Assembly (NCBI RefSeq): GCF_009834535.1
Contig: NC_045707.1
Coordinates: 45,758,001 to 45,822,000, forward strand
DNA from: Camelus ferus
Lineage: Eukaryota
Length of the DNA stretch: 64,000 nt
Direction of reading: 5' to 3'
Shown: one piece after another, positions 61,160 through 64,000 of the stretch
Numbering within the stretch: position 1 is the first letter of the stretch
Layout of the letters: the number at the start of each line of letters is the position of its first letter
The notes under the pieces: generated by a model
Told to the model about the DNA's origin: nothing
Databases searched by the model: none
The model's input: the letters and a program-made list of their open reading frames with translations, nothing else
Made by a program: the position numbers and the translations under genes

Positions 61160-64000
61160 TCCTATCTTCCTTGGTAAAAATACAGTGTTTTGAGATAGCT
61201 GATATTGCGCATTTTGGGGGAAAAAAGTGGCTTTATTTTTAGAGATAGTTGATTGGTTTTCCATTGCTAGGTTTTTATTAAATTTTTGAATGGTAAAAAT
61301 CCAGAAATTTTTAAATTTAGCCAAGGTTATGATTTTTTCATAAAATTGCAATTAATTACATCAATGAGACAAATTCCTTTGCAAAATGGGCTTCTGGCCT
61401 ATTTCCTAGAGAAATGTTCCCAATGTGAACCTTTTGGGAAAAGACAGATGTGGGGAGGGGGACAAGGAGGGCTCTCCTTTTCCTAAGCATTTTTAGTTCT
61501 TGTAAGGACGTGATAGGTGAAGATAATCGGACAATTCATCAATCTGTGAATGGATTTAGACTATTAGTAGGATGTTTGGAACTCAGTGCATTTTTGCAGA
61601 AAAAATAACTGTGAGTAGGAATTGGGTTCTGAGCCAGCCTACAAGAGCATCTTTAGCTTCCAGTATATGAGAACTACAGTGGGAAGTAATAGGAAATGAG
61701 ACTTTGGCGGTAGTACTAAAACGGAGCAATAAAATTAAATAGTTTTTATGACGCTGAAATGCGGGTGTATCCAAGGAGGAAAAAGGTTAGTGTGTTGATG
61801 AGGAAAATATTAAGGGAGGAGGGAATAAGATGAAGGGGTGGAGAAGATGACCTTTGCCTCACCAGTTCTTCAGGTGGTTCAGGGGAATTCCAGATCCAGG
61901 CTCCTATTCATAATAAGTATGAACAGGAATGAGTATATTCATATTTCAGGTATTCTTCAGTAAGAAGTAAGAATTCAGTAAGAATACCGCCTGTGCTTGT
62001 ATTGTTACTTTTGTAAGCTTTCTGTGTTCTTCCAGACATTTCTTTTAAATGCATCATCTTTTTCTGGAATTACATAGATTAATTTGGTACTTAGAGAAAG
62101 CCCTTTATTTAAAAAGTAGACATGTTTATATGAGCCTGTTTATTTTAATACTTTCTTAAAACCATACTAGGTACAAAGAGAAGTTCGAGTTATAGCACAT
62201 TTGAGTGTGGGAAGCTACAAAGCAGTGCTGACCTTTTTATGAAATACTGAGTTTAAAAGTTAAGTTCAAGGACAGAACTGCCTGGTTTCTTCTGGGTGGT
62301 ATGGAAAAACTACTTTGGTGGTTTAGTCTGGGTCTGGTAATTGTGGATCTCTGGAGGGAGAAAAAAAAAAGTCTTTGCAAGTAGTTTTGACATCAGGCAG
62401 AGACAATCTGTCATTAGAGCTATAAAAATTGGGCTGGTTAAATAGAGTATCAGTAAAGTACTATGATAGTATTTCCAGGAGGAACAGCTATCTTCTGCAG
62501 TTTTTCAGGTTTCTCATCCGTTCCTGTTTGCATGTATTATAGATCTGTTCTATTTCCATGTAAGTGTGAATTAGCATAAGGCTGTTTGAGGTGTTACTAC
62601 CAGTTTATATGTAAAGAAACTGAAGCATGATGGTAGTGACTTCAGGAAAATGAACAAAGATGGAAATGCAGCCGGATTAGTGGTTCTGAGCCCTAATGTT
62701 CAAGGGTCTGTTTACCAGACTCTCCCATTTATCAAAGTATTTTGGTTTCTGCTTCAGGAAGGGTGAAATAATAAACACCGAACAAAGAAAGTCAGTTCCC
62801 CCTGGATGTTTGGATAAAAATTAAAAGGAAGACAAACACATTTAGCCTTTTTCTGTTTGAAATGGTATAACTGCTTGCTCTTTTAGCCTCTGTGGATTTT
62901 GTTGAAAACTTTATTTTGCTTAGATTATACATTTTTTTAAAGTCAGTTTCTTGGTAAAATATTTATAGCAGTTAATATACTTTGGCATATGTTAGTATCA
63001 TTTGAAACATTAGGAATTATAGGATAGACTTGGTTTTTAATGAACTTAAACTAGCTTGAGTTTGATTTTTTTTTTCTTTGTTTGTTTGTTTTTTCTTAAT
63101 CTGAAAAGCAGTTCTGATTTAAATTCCATGGCAACTGTAATTTTAAGTCCAGGAAAGTGAGGGTAATGTATAAAGAAGGAGTAATTGGTAACTGTTTTTC
63201 TTCCCTCTTTCTGTTGGTCTTTAGATGTATCTGCAGTCACAGGTAAACAGGTTTCAATTTAAATGAGTGGCTTTTTCACAACTTAATTTTTCTTTCAATA
63301 ACTCCACTGTTAGAAATAGGAGGATAAAGCACAGTTCCTCTCTAATGTCCTGTTAGGTTGTGGGAAGTACTCTGGAGAGGGGAGAGAGGGATAAATAATG
63401 AGACCGTTCATTGCTCTAGGTATGATTTATTTAGTAGCAAAAGTTGGGGTGAGGAAATTTAAATGAGGGCCTTTTGAGTAGTTTGAAAAATTTGGAAGTT
63501 GACATATGTCTTAATGGTTTTAGGTTAAAATGTAGTCACAGAATCATTAAATTTTAGAACTAAAGAAATCATTACAAATCATCCAGTCTCCCCCATTCAC
63601 TGATAAAACCAAGCCCAGCAGGTCTTGTTGACTTTACCCACACCATAGAGATGGGAAATTGAAAAACCACAGCTCCAACCTGGTGCTTCAAAATACCACA
63701 TTGCCACTTCTAATGCTGTTGTGGAGGCGTTACAGAGAAAGTCAGCAAGATTTGGAAAACTCAAGTGATTTTAGTTGTTGCAAAAAGATTCAGGATTGCT
63801 TGTACCACTGCCTTTTTTCCCTCCTGCTGTAACAGATACTGTTCCCTCATCAGGAAGGAGGGCTGCACACAGCAACATATGAGCACAGGATTATATGGCT
63901 CTTATTGTTTAAATAGTGATTTCAGGGAGATGCGTGTTCAAACTAAGCAGAAATTTACAGCCAGCAAATATCTGCTGCTACTAATATATGTTAATTTTAA

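Noticed and set aside
56050..64000. Further FGD6 coding exons
   Set aside because: No segment encoding the expected acidic linker or DH domain was seen; treated as intron 2.

Overview
Mammalian genomic DNA, probably camelid (inferred from five copies of a tRNA-derived SINE resembling vic-1). It covers the head-to-head VEZT/FGD6 locus. On the minus strand, VEZT (vezatin) coding exons 1-9 run from 47810 down to 3038, with consistent phases, and the gene continues beyond the window start. On the plus strand are FGD6 coding exon 1 (48422-48437) and the 2413-nt exon 2 (53637-56049); the gene continues beyond the window end. The two start codons are 611 nt apart in a CpG island carrying ZNF143/THAP11, NF-Y, GC-box and YY1 motifs and a T24 tract. 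The rest is intron with L1, L2, MIR, ERV LTR and DNA-transposon relics and simple repeats. I found no wholly new gene system. The notable signal is a dense post-transcriptional layer, mostly on VEZT: a U12 AT-AC intron, a 12-nt tandem acceptor, an L2-derived poison exon that apparently lacks the human re-initiation ATG, a candidate 21-nt neural-type microexon, a second candidate poison exon, and uORFs in both genes. FGD6 also appears to carry Arg at both positions matching the human eye-disease variants Q257R and K329R. All human comparisons are recalled from memory and need alignment.
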